DNA of 35,518 nt from Pseudomonadota bacterium (GCA_039208465.1 JBCCRB010000001.1:1-35518); one strand, 5' to 3'; numbered from the stretch's first letter, positions 8,730 to 18,249 are shown. Notes: generated by a model not told the origin, from the sequence alone. A program made the numbers and translations.

Positions 8730-10030
8730 GCAGCATCGAAGCCCCCATGACCGATGTCGCCGCGGTGCCGCAAAGCGCTGAAAAACCGGCCAAGGCAGTT
8801 TCCCCGGCGGCCCGTATCGCGGCGGACTTTGTGGAAAGCCCGCTTGCCGTACTCGGTCTGGTGATGCTGCTGGTGATCCTTCTCATCGCGGTATTTGCGC
8901 CCTTCATCGCACCGCAAAACCCCTATGATCTGTCCGAAATCCGGTTGGAAGACAGCCGCCAGCCGCCCGGCTCGCAGCGCATGACCGATCCATGGGAAGC
9001 CGATATCGCGTTGGCCATCGATCCAAGCCGGGCGGGCAGTACGTCGCTCAGCTTTGGCCCCGAGGCTGCTGTTGACAGCGCTGAGCTCGCATGGACGCCG
9101 GTCGCGGGCGAAAACGCCGTGACGGTCAATTTGGTCTTTTCACCGCCACTGGACGGCATTTCATTAGAACCGCTGCGTCTTGATGATCTGCCGCGCGGTG
9201 CTGAATTGGACATCGGGGAAAAGCACAGTTTCCGCTCGTTCTGGACGGTTGAGCCCGACGATCTGGCGCAGTTCACCGTTTCGTCGAGCCGTGCGCTCGA
9301 TACGCCCTTTGAGCTGGAATTGACGGTGGAGGCCACCGAAGGTGAACCGCTGATGACCTACTGGCTCGGCACCGATGGCCAGGGCCGCGACATGCTTTCG
9401 GCGATCATGTACGGGCTGCGCACGAGCCTTGCCGTGGGCGTTGTGAGCGGGTTCTGCGCCATGGTGATCGGACTGAGCCTTGGCATGATTGCCGCCTATT
9501 TTGGCGGCGCGATTGAAACCGTGATTATGCGGATCGTTGATCTGCAGCTCAGCTTTCCGACGATTTTGGTCGCGCTGATGCTGCTGGCCATTTTGGGGTC
9601 AGGGGTTGAGAAGGTGATGCTCGCCTTGATCATCGTGCAATGGGCGTATTTTGCGCGGACTGCGCGGTCGGTTGCGCTCGTCGAACGGCGCAAAGAATAT
9701 GTCGAGGCGGCGCAATGTCTGGCGCTGTCTGACCGGCGGGTGATCTTCCGGCATTTGCTGCCCAATTGTCTGCCGCCGATTATCGTCGTCGCCACCGTTC
9801 AAGTTGCCAATGCGATTGCGCTGGAAGCGACCCTCTCCTTCCTCGGCATCGGCCTGCCGGTCACCGAGCCAAGCCTTGGGCTGCTGATCTCGAACGGGTT
9901 CGAGTTCATGCTGTCGGGGCGGTATTGGATCAGTTTCTATCCCGGGATTGCGCTGTTGCTGACGATCATCGCGATCAATCTGGTGGGCGATCAATTGCGC
10001 GACATCCTCAATCCGAGACTGCGCCGATGA
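8726..10030 (+). CDS. ABC transporter permease (DppC/OppC-like) with a large extra periplasmic segment
   Basis: Carries FAPFIAPQNPYDL and WLGTDGQGRDMLS motifs and an EAA-loop region (YVEAAQCLALSDRRVIFRHLLPN). ATGA overlap with the previous gene. At 434 aa it is longer than the roughly 300 aa usual for this family. Confidence 0.85.
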   Translation: MSSIEAPMTDVAAVPQSAEKPAKAVSPAARIAADFVESPLAVLGLVMLLVILLIAVFAPFIAPQNPYDLSEIRLEDSRQPPGSQRMTDPWEADIALAIDPSRAGSTSLSFGPEAAVDSAELAWTPVAGENAVTVNLVFSPPLDGISLEPLRLDDLPRGAELDIGEKHSFRSFWTVEPDDLAQFTVSSSRALDTPFELELTVEATEGEPLMTYWLGTDGQGRDMLSAIMYGLRTSLAVGVVSGFCAMVIGLSLGMIAAYFGGAIETVIMRIVDLQLSFPTILVALMLLAILGSGVEKVMLALIIVQWAYFARTARSVALVERRKEYVEAAQCLALSDRRVIFRHLLPNCLPPIIVVATVQVANAIALEATLSFLGIGLPVTEPSLGLLISNGFEFMLSGRYWISFYPGIALLLTIIAINLVGDQLRDILNPRLRR

Positions 10031-11016
10031 GCCTGATCAACATTGACAATCTGAAGACGCATTTCTTCACCAAGGCCGGTGTTGTGAAATCGGTCGACGG
10101 AGTTTCGTTCTCGCTCGACCGGGGGGAAATTCTCGGCATTGTGGGCGAAAGCGGTTCCGGCAAATCCGTGACCGGTTTTTCCATCATGGGCCTTGTTGAT
10201 CAGCCGGGGCGGATCGTGGACGGCTCGATCCGTTTTGATGGTCAGGAGCTTGTTGGCCTGCCAGAGAACACAATGCGCGGTTTGCGCGGCCGGCGCATTG
10301 CGATGATCTTCCAGGACCCAATGATGACGCTCAACCCGGTGTTGCGCGTTGATACGCAGATGATCGAGGCACTGCGCGCGCACGGCAAATGGTCCGATGA
10401 TGATGCGCGCCAACGCTGCCGCGATGTGTTGGGGCAGGTTGGCATTCCGAGCCCTGAAGAGCGGCTAAAGAGCTTTCCGCATCAGTTTTCCGGCGGCATG
10501 CGCCAGCGGGTCGCGATCGCGATTGCGCTCCTGCATCAGCCAGATCTGATCATCGCCGATGAGCCGACGACCGCGCTCGATGTCACGATCCAGGCGCAGA
10601 TCCTGTACGAAGTGCAAAAACTGGTGGCTGAGCACAATACGGCGATGATCTGGGTGACGCATGACCTTGCCGTTGTGGCCGGTCTGGCTGACCGGGTGGC
10701 GGTGATGTATGCCGGGCGGATCGTCGAGATGGGCGCGACCGACGAGGTCGTCGACCGGCCCTTCCATCCCTATACGCACGGGCTGATCGGATCGGCGCCG
10801 TCACGCAATCAACGCGGCACACGCCTGACACAAATCCGCGGCATGGCGCCCTTGCCAGTCGATCTGCCGGCCGGCTGCGCGTTTCGACCGCGCTGCCAGA
10901 AGGCTGGTGAGGCCTGCGGTGCCGCGCCCGAGGAAACGCATCCGGAAGCTGCGCATATGGTGCGTTGTCATCATCCGCTCGATATGGCGCTTGATCGGAA
11001 CAAGAAGGCATCATGA
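10027..11016 (+). CDS. ABC transporter ATP-binding protein (DppD/OppD-like)
   Basis: Walker A GESGSGKS, signature FSGGMRQR and Walker B LIIADEPTTALD. ATG 10027 overlaps the upstream stop. The track start at 9766 lies inside the permease gene and is rejected. Confidence 0.9.
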   Translation: MSLINIDNLKTHFFTKAGVVKSVDGVSFSLDRGEILGIVGESGSGKSVTGFSIMGLVDQPGRIVDGSIRFDGQELVGLPENTMRGLRGRRIAMIFQDPMMTLNPVLRVDTQMIEALRAHGKWSDDDARQRCRDVLGQVGIPSPEERLKSFPHQFSGGMRQRVAIAIALLHQPDLIIADEPTTALDVTIQAQILYEVQKLVAEHNTAMIWVTHDLAVVAGLADRVAVMYAGRIVEMGATDEVVDRPFHPYTHGLIGSAPSRNQRGTRLTQIRGMAPLPVDLPAGCAFRPRCQKAGEACGAAPEETHPEAAHMVRCHHPLDMALDRNKKAS

Positions 11017-12008
11017 ACACGCCGATTATCGAACTTGAGAGCGTATCGAAGCGCTTTGTGAAGAAGCTGGATGCATCAGAAAAGCTGGCGCGGCGGCTCG
11101 GCGCAAAGGTTGAAGAGCACACGGTTCACGCTGTCGACAATGTCGATATGGCGATCCAGCAGGGTGAAGTGGTGGGGCTTGTGGGCGAAAGCGGATGCGG
11201 GAAAAGCACGCTTGGCCGGTGCGTTGCCGGGGTCCATGCGCCATCGGACGGGACGATCCGGTATCGGGGCAATGATGTGGCAAGCCTGCGTGGCGCTGAA
11301 GCTCTGGAAAGCCGGCTGAAGGTCCAGATGATATTTCAGGATCCGATGAGCAGCCTCAATCCGCGGCTGAAAGTGGCTGAAATCATCAGCGAGGCGCCGC
11401 TTTACCACCGGCTCATCGACCGGCGGCAAGTGGATGATTTTGTTGCTGAGACCATGAAACGCGTGGGCCTCGATCCATCCTACCATCAACGCTATCCGCA
11501 TCAGTTTTCCGGCGGTCAGCGCCAGCGGATCGGCATTGCGCGCGCGCTCGCCGTGCAGCCGGAATTCATTGTCTGTGATGAAGCAGTCGCCGCGCTTGAT
11601 GTCTCGATCCAGGCGCAGGTGCTGAACCTGTTCATGGATCTGCGCGAAGATCTGGGCCTGACCTATCTCTTCATCAGCCATGATCTTGGGGTGGTTGAGC
11701 ATTTGAGCGACCGCGTAGTGATCATGTATCTCGGCCGGGTGGTGGAAACGGCACCGACCGACCCGCTGTTTGCCGAACCGAACCATCCCTACACGCAGGC
11801 GCTTTTGGCCGAAGCGCCCCGTTTGGAGACAGACCGGCGTGTTTATGCGCCGATCAAGGGGGAGATCCCCTCGCCGCTCGACCCGCCCAAGGGCTGCCAT
11901 TTTCACCCCAGGTGCCCGCATGCGATGGACCGGTGTCGGACCGAACCGCCCAAGCTCAAAGAGATTGCCGCAGGCCGGTTCAGCGCCTGTCACCTTAACG
12001 ACGGGTGA
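11013..12008 (+). CDS. ABC transporter ATP-binding protein (DppF/OppF-like)
   Basis: Walker A GESGCGKST, signature FSGGQRQR, Walker B FIVCDEAVAALD and a C-terminal oligopeptide-type extension (GCHFHPRCPHAMDRC). ATGA overlap with the previous gene. Confidence 0.9.
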   Translation: MNTPIIELESVSKRFVKKLDASEKLARRLGAKVEEHTVHAVDNVDMAIQQGEVVGLVGESGCGKSTLGRCVAGVHAPSDGTIRYRGNDVASLRGAEALESRLKVQMIFQDPMSSLNPRLKVAEIISEAPLYHRLIDRRQVDDFVAETMKRVGLDPSYHQRYPHQFSGGQRQRIGIARALAVQPEFIVCDEAVAALDVSIQAQVLNLFMDLREDLGLTYLFISHDLGVVEHLSDRVVIMYLGRVVETAPTDPLFAEPNHPYTQALLAEAPRLETDRRVYAPIKGEIPSPLDPPKGCHFHPRCPHAMDRCRTEPPKLKEIAAGRFSACHLNDG

Positions 12009-12011
12009 CCG

Positions 12012-12893
12012 ATGAGCTTTTATGTCCCAGCGCGCAGCGAGGTGTTCGAGGCGATAGAGGCTTCTGCGGTGCCGTTGGTTTTTGACAGTCCGCATAGCGG
12101 CTCCTGGAACCCGCCAGATTTTAACTTCGCCTGCGATCCGCATCGGCTTCGCCGGTCAGAGGACAGTTTTGTCGATGAATTGTGGGCCGGCGCGCGCGCA
12201 AAAGGCTGCGGTTTTTTGCGGGCGTTTTTTCCGCGCAGCTATATCGATCCCAACCGGGCGCTGGACGATATTGATCAGACGCTGTTCGATGCGCCGTGGC
12301 CGGGACCAGTGGCGCCGGGCGAAAAGGCAAAGGCCGGCATGGGGCTGATCCGTCGCCTGTCGCTGCCCGGTGAGCCGATGTACGACCGTAAGCTGAGCGT
12401 TGCCGAAGGCCAGCACCGGATCGCGCATTATTACGAGCCCTATCACGCGGCGCTCGACCATCTGATCGTTGACGCGCTTGGAAAGTGGGGCGTGGTTTGG
12501 TACATCAACTGCCACTCGATGAAAGAGTATGGTAACGCGATGAATGTCGATGCCGGCCGCCGCCGGGCAGACTTTGTGCTGGGTGACCGGGAAGGCAAAA
12601 CGTGCGGACCAGAGCTGCTAGAGATCGTCCGTTCGTTCCTGCGCGACAAGGGCTATTCGGTTGCGCTCAATAATCCCTATAAGGGCCTGGAACTGGTGCG
12701 ACGCCACGGCAAGCCATCGGCAGGGCGTCACTCACTGCAGATCGAGATCAACCGCGCGCTATTTCTTGACGAGGAACGGGTGGTCAAGACCGACGGCTTT
12801 GATCGTCTGAAAGCCGATCTTGATGGCCTTGTTGCGGTGTTGGCTGGCGCCGCACAAGACGCCCAGCTCAGCTGTCCCAATGCCCCAGCCTGA
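12012..12893 (+). CDS. N-formylglutamate amidohydrolase (FGase/HutG-like) family hydrolase
   Basis: FDSPHSGS near the N-terminus, YIDPNR and INCHSM landmarks match the FGase family as I remember it. It starts 3 nt after the ATPase stop, so it belongs to the transporter operon. Confidence 0.75.
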   Translation: MSFYVPARSEVFEAIEASAVPLVFDSPHSGSWNPPDFNFACDPHRLRRSEDSFVDELWAGARAKGCGFLRAFFPRSYIDPNRALDDIDQTLFDAPWPGPVAPGEKAKAGMGLIRRLSLPGEPMYDRKLSVAEGQHRIAHYYEPYHAALDHLIVDALGKWGVVWYINCHSMKEYGNAMNVDAGRRRADFVLGDREGKTCGPELLEIVRSFLRDKGYSVALNNPYKGLELVRRHGKPSAGRHSLQIEINRALFLDEERVVKTDGFDRLKADLDGLVAVLAGAAQDAQLSCPNAPA

Positions 12894-13824
12894 CTGCTGT
12901 TGCGCCCGGTGTCAGCCGGCGGCTTGGCATAATCAAAACGCAACCATCATGCGGCGCCCTGACTTCGCGGCCACCATCGACGCCGATCAACTCGCCCTTT
13001 GCTAATGTCTCAAGGCCGGTGAACGGCTGAGCAAACTCAAATGCGTTGGTTTCAACGGTCACCGGTGTCGTCACCCTGACAACACGCTGATGGGGCGGCG
13101 TCGGCAGCAGATGCGGCTCGGCGGTCTCCGCGTCAATCATGTGATGGAGCAGTAACCAGCGATAGACGGAATCGATGGCAACCAAGCCGGTGGGTGCCGC
13201 CCAATGCTGGCCGCATTCAATGAGAAGCGCGTTTCTCGGGTCATCGGGATCACTGAAGAAGGCATAGTCGCGCAGACGCCGCCCGGCCGAATGGCCGGCA
13301 TCGGAGACGATGACTTCCGGAACGCCGAGCGCTGTCGCCAACTCAACGCCTTTATCAAGCGGGCCCGCGATCGTCAGCGGCGGCGTTGCGTGCTGCATGG
13401 AATGGACGTCAAACAGGAAATCGACGGTGTCGATCAGCGGCCGCATTTCGCGCGCGCGTTTTAGTTCCACAGAGTGCCGGTCGCCTTCAAGCGTTTCCAC
13501 ATCCCAGACGCGGTTCATGTCTTCATCAAGAAACCGGCTTGCCATCGGATCATCGACATCAAAAGCGGCGTAAGCGACGACATTGGCAAAACCGAGCGTC
13601 AGCTTGCCGATCCTGGGCCGGATCGCGTTTGCAAACAGATGTTCCAGCGCGATGACACCGCACAGCTCGTTGCCATGCACAAGGGCGTTCACCAGCACAT
13701 GCGGGCCGGACTTGCCGCTGTCGAAGCTGGTATAATAATCGACGCCCGTATTGCCGTTCTTGTAGGATGAAATATCCGGCGCTGTGAGCTCGATCGGATA
13801 ATCATTGGGATTGGTCGCGCTCAT
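12868..13824 (-). CDS. Succinylglutamate desuccinylase/aspartoacylase (AstE/AspA, M14-like) family deacylase
   Basis: The VHGNELCG zinc-site motif and a length of about 320 aa fit the family. ATG at 13824 (MSATNPNDYPIE...) is preferred over the TTG at 13848. Its 3' end overlaps the convergent FGase-like gene by 26 nt. Confidence 0.75.
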   Translation of the reverse strand: MSATNPNDYPIELTAPDISSYKNGNTGVDYYTSFDSGKSGPHVLVNALVHGNELCGVIALEHLFANAIRPRIGKLTLGFANVVAYAAFDVDDPMASRFLDEDMNRVWDVETLEGDRHSVELKRAREMRPLIDTVDFLFDVHSMQHATPPLTIAGPLDKGVELATALGVPEVIVSDAGHSAGRRLRDYAFFSDPDDPRNALLIECGQHWAAPTGLVAIDSVYRWLLLHHMIDAETAEPHLLPTPPHQRVVRVTTPVTVETNAFEFAQPFTGLETLAKGELIGVDGGREVRAPHDGCVLIMPSRRLTPGATAVRLGHWDS

Positions 13825-13888
13825 GCTCGTGCGGCCTTCCCGGCGCAAGAGCTTGCGCGGTCAAAGCTGGTAGAAAAGGCAACCACCA

Positions 13889-15301
13889 TCACTTGACAAC
13901 CGGCGGCTGCAAATCGACGGGCAGCGGGGACACATAGGGCGTGCGTTCCAAATGACTGGCATGCACGGCCTTGGCAGCCTCGCGCAGGGCCGGGTCTTCG
14001 ATGGCGCGTTTTGCGGTCGCTGCCATGACCTTTGCCGCATAGACCATGCCTTTGTGGGCGGCCGGCGCTTTGCCCTGCGCAACCGTCTGCCAGGTGTGAA
14101 ACGGCGTGCCGACGGCACAGGTGGCCACGCGCGCCTGCACGGTGGGAACCGCCCAGCTCGCATCGCCCACATCGGTTGACCCTTCGCCGGCGCCACCGAG
14201 ATCAAGCGGCGCCACAAAGTCACACAGCGCCAGACCCTTTTCAGGGGCCGGCATGCCGCATCGGCGGAACGAGGCCGCGATGTCATCGTCGGTCAGCGTT
14301 GTCTGCATCTGGCGGGCGAAGTCGCGATCCTGCTCATCAAATTCGACCGGCCCCAGCCGTTCAAGCTCCGCTTGCATCGCTTCTTCCAGCGGCCGGTTGC
14401 CGAGCAGGTTGGAGACGCCGGAAAAGACTTTGCTCTCAACGCGTGTCTCGGTCATCAGTGCCGCGCCGTCGGCGATCTTCTTGACCCGCTCTATCAACGA
14501 TCTGAGCTGGGGCAGATCACCGGCGCGCACCAATTGGCGGACCGTGGCCTGATGCTGCACCACGTTGGGCGCCACGCCGCCGGCATCCAGATAAGCGTAG
14601 TGGACCCGCGCATCATCGGGCATGTGCTCGCGCATGTAATTGACGCCGATGTTCATCAGCTCAACCGCATCGAGGGCGCTTCGGCCGAGTTCCGGCGCGG
14701 CGGCGGCATGGGATGCTTTGCCGTAGAAGGTGAAATCGATGCGTGTGTTGGCAAGCGAGTTTGCCCGGTTGACCGCCGTGAAGGTTGCCGGGTGCCATGA
14801 GATGGCAACGTCCACATCATCAAAGAGCCCGTCGCGCACCATGAAGGTCTTGGCCGCGCCGCCCTCTTCTGCCGGGCAGCCATAATAGCGGACGCGTGCC
14901 TTGACGCCCGATGCCTCCAGCCAATCCTTGACCGCTGTCGCTGCCAGAAGCGCGGCGGCGCCCAGCAGATTATGGCCGCAGCCATGGCCGTTGCCGCCCT
15001 GTTCCAGCGGCGTTGGTTCGGCCACGCCCGGCGCCTGGCTGAGGTAAGGCAGGGCATCGAACTCACCAAGAATGGCAATCACCGGCCCTTCGTCGCCGGC
15101 CTCGCCCAAAACGGCGGTCGGCATGCCGGCGGCGTTTTCGGGGATGCGAAATCCCTTTTCGGCCAGCATGGATTTATGTTCGGCTACCGACCGATACTCA
15201 TTGTAGAGCGTTTCCGGCACGTCGAAGACACGATCCGATAGGCCGATCAAGGCTTCCTTGTGCTGATCGACATAGTCCCAGATGATTTCAGAGTTTTGCA
15301 T
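13889..15301 (-). CDS. M20D amidohydrolase, AbgB-like (aminobenzoyl-glutamate hydrolase subunit B family)
   Basis: LGEFDALPYLSQ, GHGCGHNLLGAAALLAA, YGCPAEEGGAAKTFMVRDGLFDDVDVAISWHP are strongly AbgB-like. ATG with GGGGAAGGG as the RBS. Confidence 0.8.
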   Translation of the reverse strand: MQNSEIIWDYVDQHKEALIGLSDRVFDVPETLYNEYRSVAEHKSMLAEKGFRIPENAAGMPTAVLGEAGDEGPVIAILGEFDALPYLSQAPGVAEPTPLEQGGNGHGCGHNLLGAAALLAATAVKDWLEASGVKARVRYYGCPAEEGGAAKTFMVRDGLFDDVDVAISWHPATFTAVNRANSLANTRIDFTFYGKASHAAAAPELGRSALDAVELMNIGVNYMREHMPDDARVHYAYLDAGGVAPNVVQHQATVRQLVRAGDLPQLRSLIERVKKIADGAALMTETRVESKVFSGVSNLLGNRPLEEAMQAELERLGPVEFDEQDRDFARQMQTTLTDDDIAASFRRCGMPAPEKGLALCDFVAPLDLGGAGEGSTDVGDASWAVPTVQARVATCAVGTPFHTWQTVAQGKAPAAHKGMVYAAKVMAATAKRAIEDPALREAAKAVHASHLERTPYVSPLPVDLQPPVVK

Positions 15302-15513
15302 TTGCCCTTCCCCATAGTCTTTGGCCGCACTCGGCAGCTCACTGTAACGGGTTCACGGCAAGGTGCGAGCACTCTTTTGCATAACAAGATCCGCCCCTTG
15401 CGTCCGGTCTGCCAAGCCGGCTTTCACTCAGATTGCAACTGAAGGGAGTCCAATGGCGTTATGAAACCGACGGCATTGTTCGCATTGGGGAGATTACGCG
15501 GCTTTTAGCCAAG

Positions 15514-18204
15514 TCAAATAAGGGCAACTTCGTCGATCAGCACGTTTGTCGCCCTCCAATTGGTGATCGGATTGGCCTGCCGAACGACGGTCAGTTCATT
15601 GTCGGCCAACTGATCTGCCGCAGCGATGGCAATGTCGTAAGTGGCCAATCCCTCGTTTACGCCGGCAGCGCGGTGGCCCAGCGAATCTCCGCTGAGCAGC
15701 AATTCGGCCTCGGTGACCGGATCGAGCTTGACCGCTTCTGTCAGCAGGAGGTCCTGATCCGTGCCTAGAAAGACCGCTGAGAGCAAGTCATCAGGTTCGG
15801 TCTCGCCATCGGCGCCGACAAGGGTTAAATCCCGCAGATCGTTACGGGTCCATACGGTTCCATCATCAAACGCCACCCGTTCGCTACCCAGCCCTTTGGC
15901 GCCATCAACAGTATTGAGTAGCGTGATTGAACCGGCATCACCGGCCCCGGGGCTGCTTTCGGCAATCTCCAGAATGTAGGCGCCGCCGTCCTGGCTTACG
16001 CTCACACGATCCATGTCTATGCCGCTCAAAACAACTGTATCCGTCTTTCCACCACCGATCGGAAACGCATAGCTGTCGTCGATGATGTCATGACCGTCGC
16101 CATTGTTGTAAACGTAAGTGTCGTCGCCAGCACCCCCATAGAGCGTGTCATTGCCAAGGCCGCCGATCAGCGTATCATCGCCGCTGCCACCAAACAAATC
16201 ATCAAGACCGGCGCCGCCATCGAGCCAGTCATTGCCGGCATTTCCATTAAGGAAATTGGAGATCAGGTCGCCAACCAGGCGGTCATCAAAGCTGCTGCCA
16301 AGTAGCGCTTCGATGCTCACCAACGTGTCCCCGTTGGCATCGCCGCCAGAAGCCGTGTTTGCTTCAAGGTCAACGTCAACACCCGTCAGCGAACTCATGT
16401 AGGAGGCTGTATCAAACCCCAGCCCCCCGTTAATGAGATCGGCACCGCCAAGCCCCTCGATAAAGTCATCGCCGCCACCGGCATCAATCGTGTCGTCGCC
16501 CCCGGTTCCGTTAATGCTGTCGGTGCGTATCGGGTCCAAGGACTCGATTGTTCCCGGATAATAGCCGTCAAATGTCAGCCCGAACGCACCATTGAAGAAC
16601 CCTTCGATCGCGAAAAGGGCTGTGTAGGTTTCACTCTCAAAATAGATGAAACGATCTTGGGTGATACCGGTGTCGGGATCGGTGTAGCGGTCGAGCAAGA
16701 AACCGCCCCATTTGGGTCTTTCGAAAAGATCAAACTGGCTTTGCGTATATATCTGCTGCGCCAGTTCCTGGAATTGGAAGTTCAAACCAACATCATCTTT
16801 TCCATCCAAACTCCACCAGATTTGCCCCTGCCCATCAACATCATTGATCACATCAATATGGTCGTAAATGCCGGTGTTAAATCCGCTGAATTCGTCAAAA
16901 GCACCGATCTGCATTCTTTGAACATCACCCTCCCCCGTCGCGCCGACGAAATAGTAATCATAGCCGTGGCTGCCATAAAGGTAGTCAACGGCACCATCGT
17001 CCCAAGTGCTGAAACCATCGGGTGTAGAGGACCAAGGCGGAAGCGTTCCAATCAGGTAGCCGCCTGCGCCATCGGAAACAAATTCAAATGCGCTGGTGTT
17101 GACATCGCCGGCAAAGAGAAAGTCTGCGCCAAACGAGCCGTATACTATGTCGGCACCGGCACCGCCGACCAGAATGTTTGATGAAGCAGCATTGTCGTTT
17201 TGGCTCTCGATCGCGTATGCGCCGGTTTCAGATGTGAAGTAAACGCCGGCCGGGTCGTCGCCATCGGTGGCGCCCAACAGAGCCGCTTCGTCGGCGAACA
17301 GAACGTCATCACCCTCGTTGCCGCGCAAATCATTATTCAATGCGTTGCCAACAATCACGTCGTGCTGCGCCGAGCCGATGCCATTCTCAATCTTTGCGCC
17401 AAACGCGATTGAAATGTTTTCGTAGCCATCGACGGTGCTCGTTATCGTGCTGAAGTATCCCTCACGCAGATCAACGATGGCATTTTGCAGAACGCCGCTA
17501 GCGGTCAGTGTGTCAACGCCATCCGCATCCCAAATCGAGTAAAGCTCTCCAACTTGTTCGGTGTAGGTGTCATTGCCTGTGTTGAAGTTCTCATTAACGC
17601 CATAAACGCTCTGAAGGACCGTAATGTCATAAAGCTGGAAGCCACTCAGCGACCATCCGTCGGTGTTGGATATCTCTGACAGGACCGTATACCGCTCTGT
17701 CGGATCTTCATCCCGGTCAAAGAACGGTCCCGGATCCAAGCTAAAGAAACCGCCATAGTTTACCGGGTGCTTGAACCCCAGCGCGTGCATGATTTCATGC
17801 AGCAGCACATTTTCGCTCAATCCACCTGGCTGCCCTGCTGCAGTTTTGTTGATCCAGATATCACCTTTCAGATCGGAATCATCATAACTCAAGATGGCGC
17901 CCGACACGTTTAGTGGTAAGGTTGCGAATCCAAACGTTAGGTCCCCGACAGTGCCTGCAGTTTGCGCCACCTCGTCGAATTGGAGACCCGTCAGGTCTTC
18001 AATCTGCGTAAGTAACTCGCTGACCTGATCCTGTTGTGAATCTGAAAACGGTTCATCGTGATAAGTGCCCGCATTTATGGGCCCAAACCCGTCATAATAG
18101 GCGGGAAGGCTGCCTAAAAATGAATAGGTAATGGTTTGGCCGGTCCAGGAGTTTCCTGATTTAAGCTCACGGATATCGCGTGCTTCGTCTATTTTTGTCG
18201 TCAT
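15514..18204 (-). CDS. Secreted RTX (calcium-binding repeat) serralysin-like metzincin, presumed T1SS substrate
   Basis: N-terminal W.G.TITYSF box and zinc motif HEIMHALGFKH (17767-17799). GGxGxD nonapeptide runs occur at aa 285-365 and aa 564-700 (16105-16515), e.g. GNAGNDWLDGGAGLDDLFGGSGDDTLIGGLGNDTLYGGAGDDTYVY. No N-terminal signal peptide. Lower GC than the flanks. Confidence 0.85.
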   Translation of the reverse strand: MTTKIDEARDIRELKSGNSWTGQTITYSFLGSLPAYYDGFGPINAGTYHDEPFSDSQQDQVSELLTQIEDLTGLQFDEVAQTAGTVGDLTFGFATLPLNVSGAILSYDDSDLKGDIWINKTAAGQPGGLSENVLLHEIMHALGFKHPVNYGGFFSLDPGPFFDRDEDPTERYTVLSEISNTDGWSLSGFQLYDITVLQSVYGVNENFNTGNDTYTEQVGELYSIWDADGVDTLTASGVLQNAIVDLREGYFSTITSTVDGYENISIAFGAKIENGIGSAQHDVIVGNALNNDLRGNEGDDVLFADEAALLGATDGDDPAGVYFTSETGAYAIESQNDNAASSNILVGGAGADIVYGSFGADFLFAGDVNTSAFEFVSDGAGGYLIGTLPPWSSTPDGFSTWDDGAVDYLYGSHGYDYYFVGATGEGDVQRMQIGAFDEFSGFNTGIYDHIDVINDVDGQGQIWWSLDGKDDVGLNFQFQELAQQIYTQSQFDLFERPKWGGFLLDRYTDPDTGITQDRFIYFESETYTALFAIEGFFNGAFGLTFDGYYPGTIESLDPIRTDSINGTGGDDTIDAGGGDDFIEGLGGADLINGGLGFDTASYMSSLTGVDVDLEANTASGGDANGDTLVSIEALLGSSFDDRLVGDLISNFLNGNAGNDWLDGGAGLDDLFGGSGDDTLIGGLGNDTLYGGAGDDTYVYNNGDGHDIIDDSYAFPIGGGKTDTVVLSGIDMDRVSVSQDGGAYILEIAESSPGAGDAGSITLLNTVDGAKGLGSERVAFDDGTVWTRNDLRDLTLVGADGETEPDDLLSAVFLGTDQDLLLTEAVKLDPVTEAELLLSGDSLGHRAAGVNEGLATYDIAIAAADQLADNELTVVRQANPITNWRATNVLIDEVALI

Positions 18205-18217
18205 TTGATTGCCCCTT
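18198..18217 (-). repeat. Shared translation-initiation sequence, copy at the RTX protease start
   Basis: The minus strand reads AAGGGGCAATCAAATGACGA (SD + ATG + first codons). It matches the copy at 19611-19629 except for one extra C. Confidence 0.7.
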
Positions 18218-18249
18218 CATGTCGACTATGTTGCCCGTTTCAAAATGGT

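Noticed and set aside
11076-12143. 355-aa minus-strand ORF
   Set aside because: It lies entirely antisense to the DppF-like ATPase gene, which has clear Walker A, signature and Walker B motifs. Its composition is Arg/Pro/His-rich, typical of shadow ORFs in high-GC DNA.
12868-12893. 26-nt convergent overlap of the FGase-like and AstE-like genes
   Set aside because: Short convergent 3' overlaps are common in compact high-GC genomes. There is no evidence of regulatory significance.
15302-15513. Terminator for the RTX gene or promoter for the AbgB-like gene in the 212-nt gap
   Set aside because: Only weak, short stems are present (e.g. GCCGG...CCGGAC) with no U-tract, and there are no clear -35/-10 hexamers. 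Not supportable by eye.
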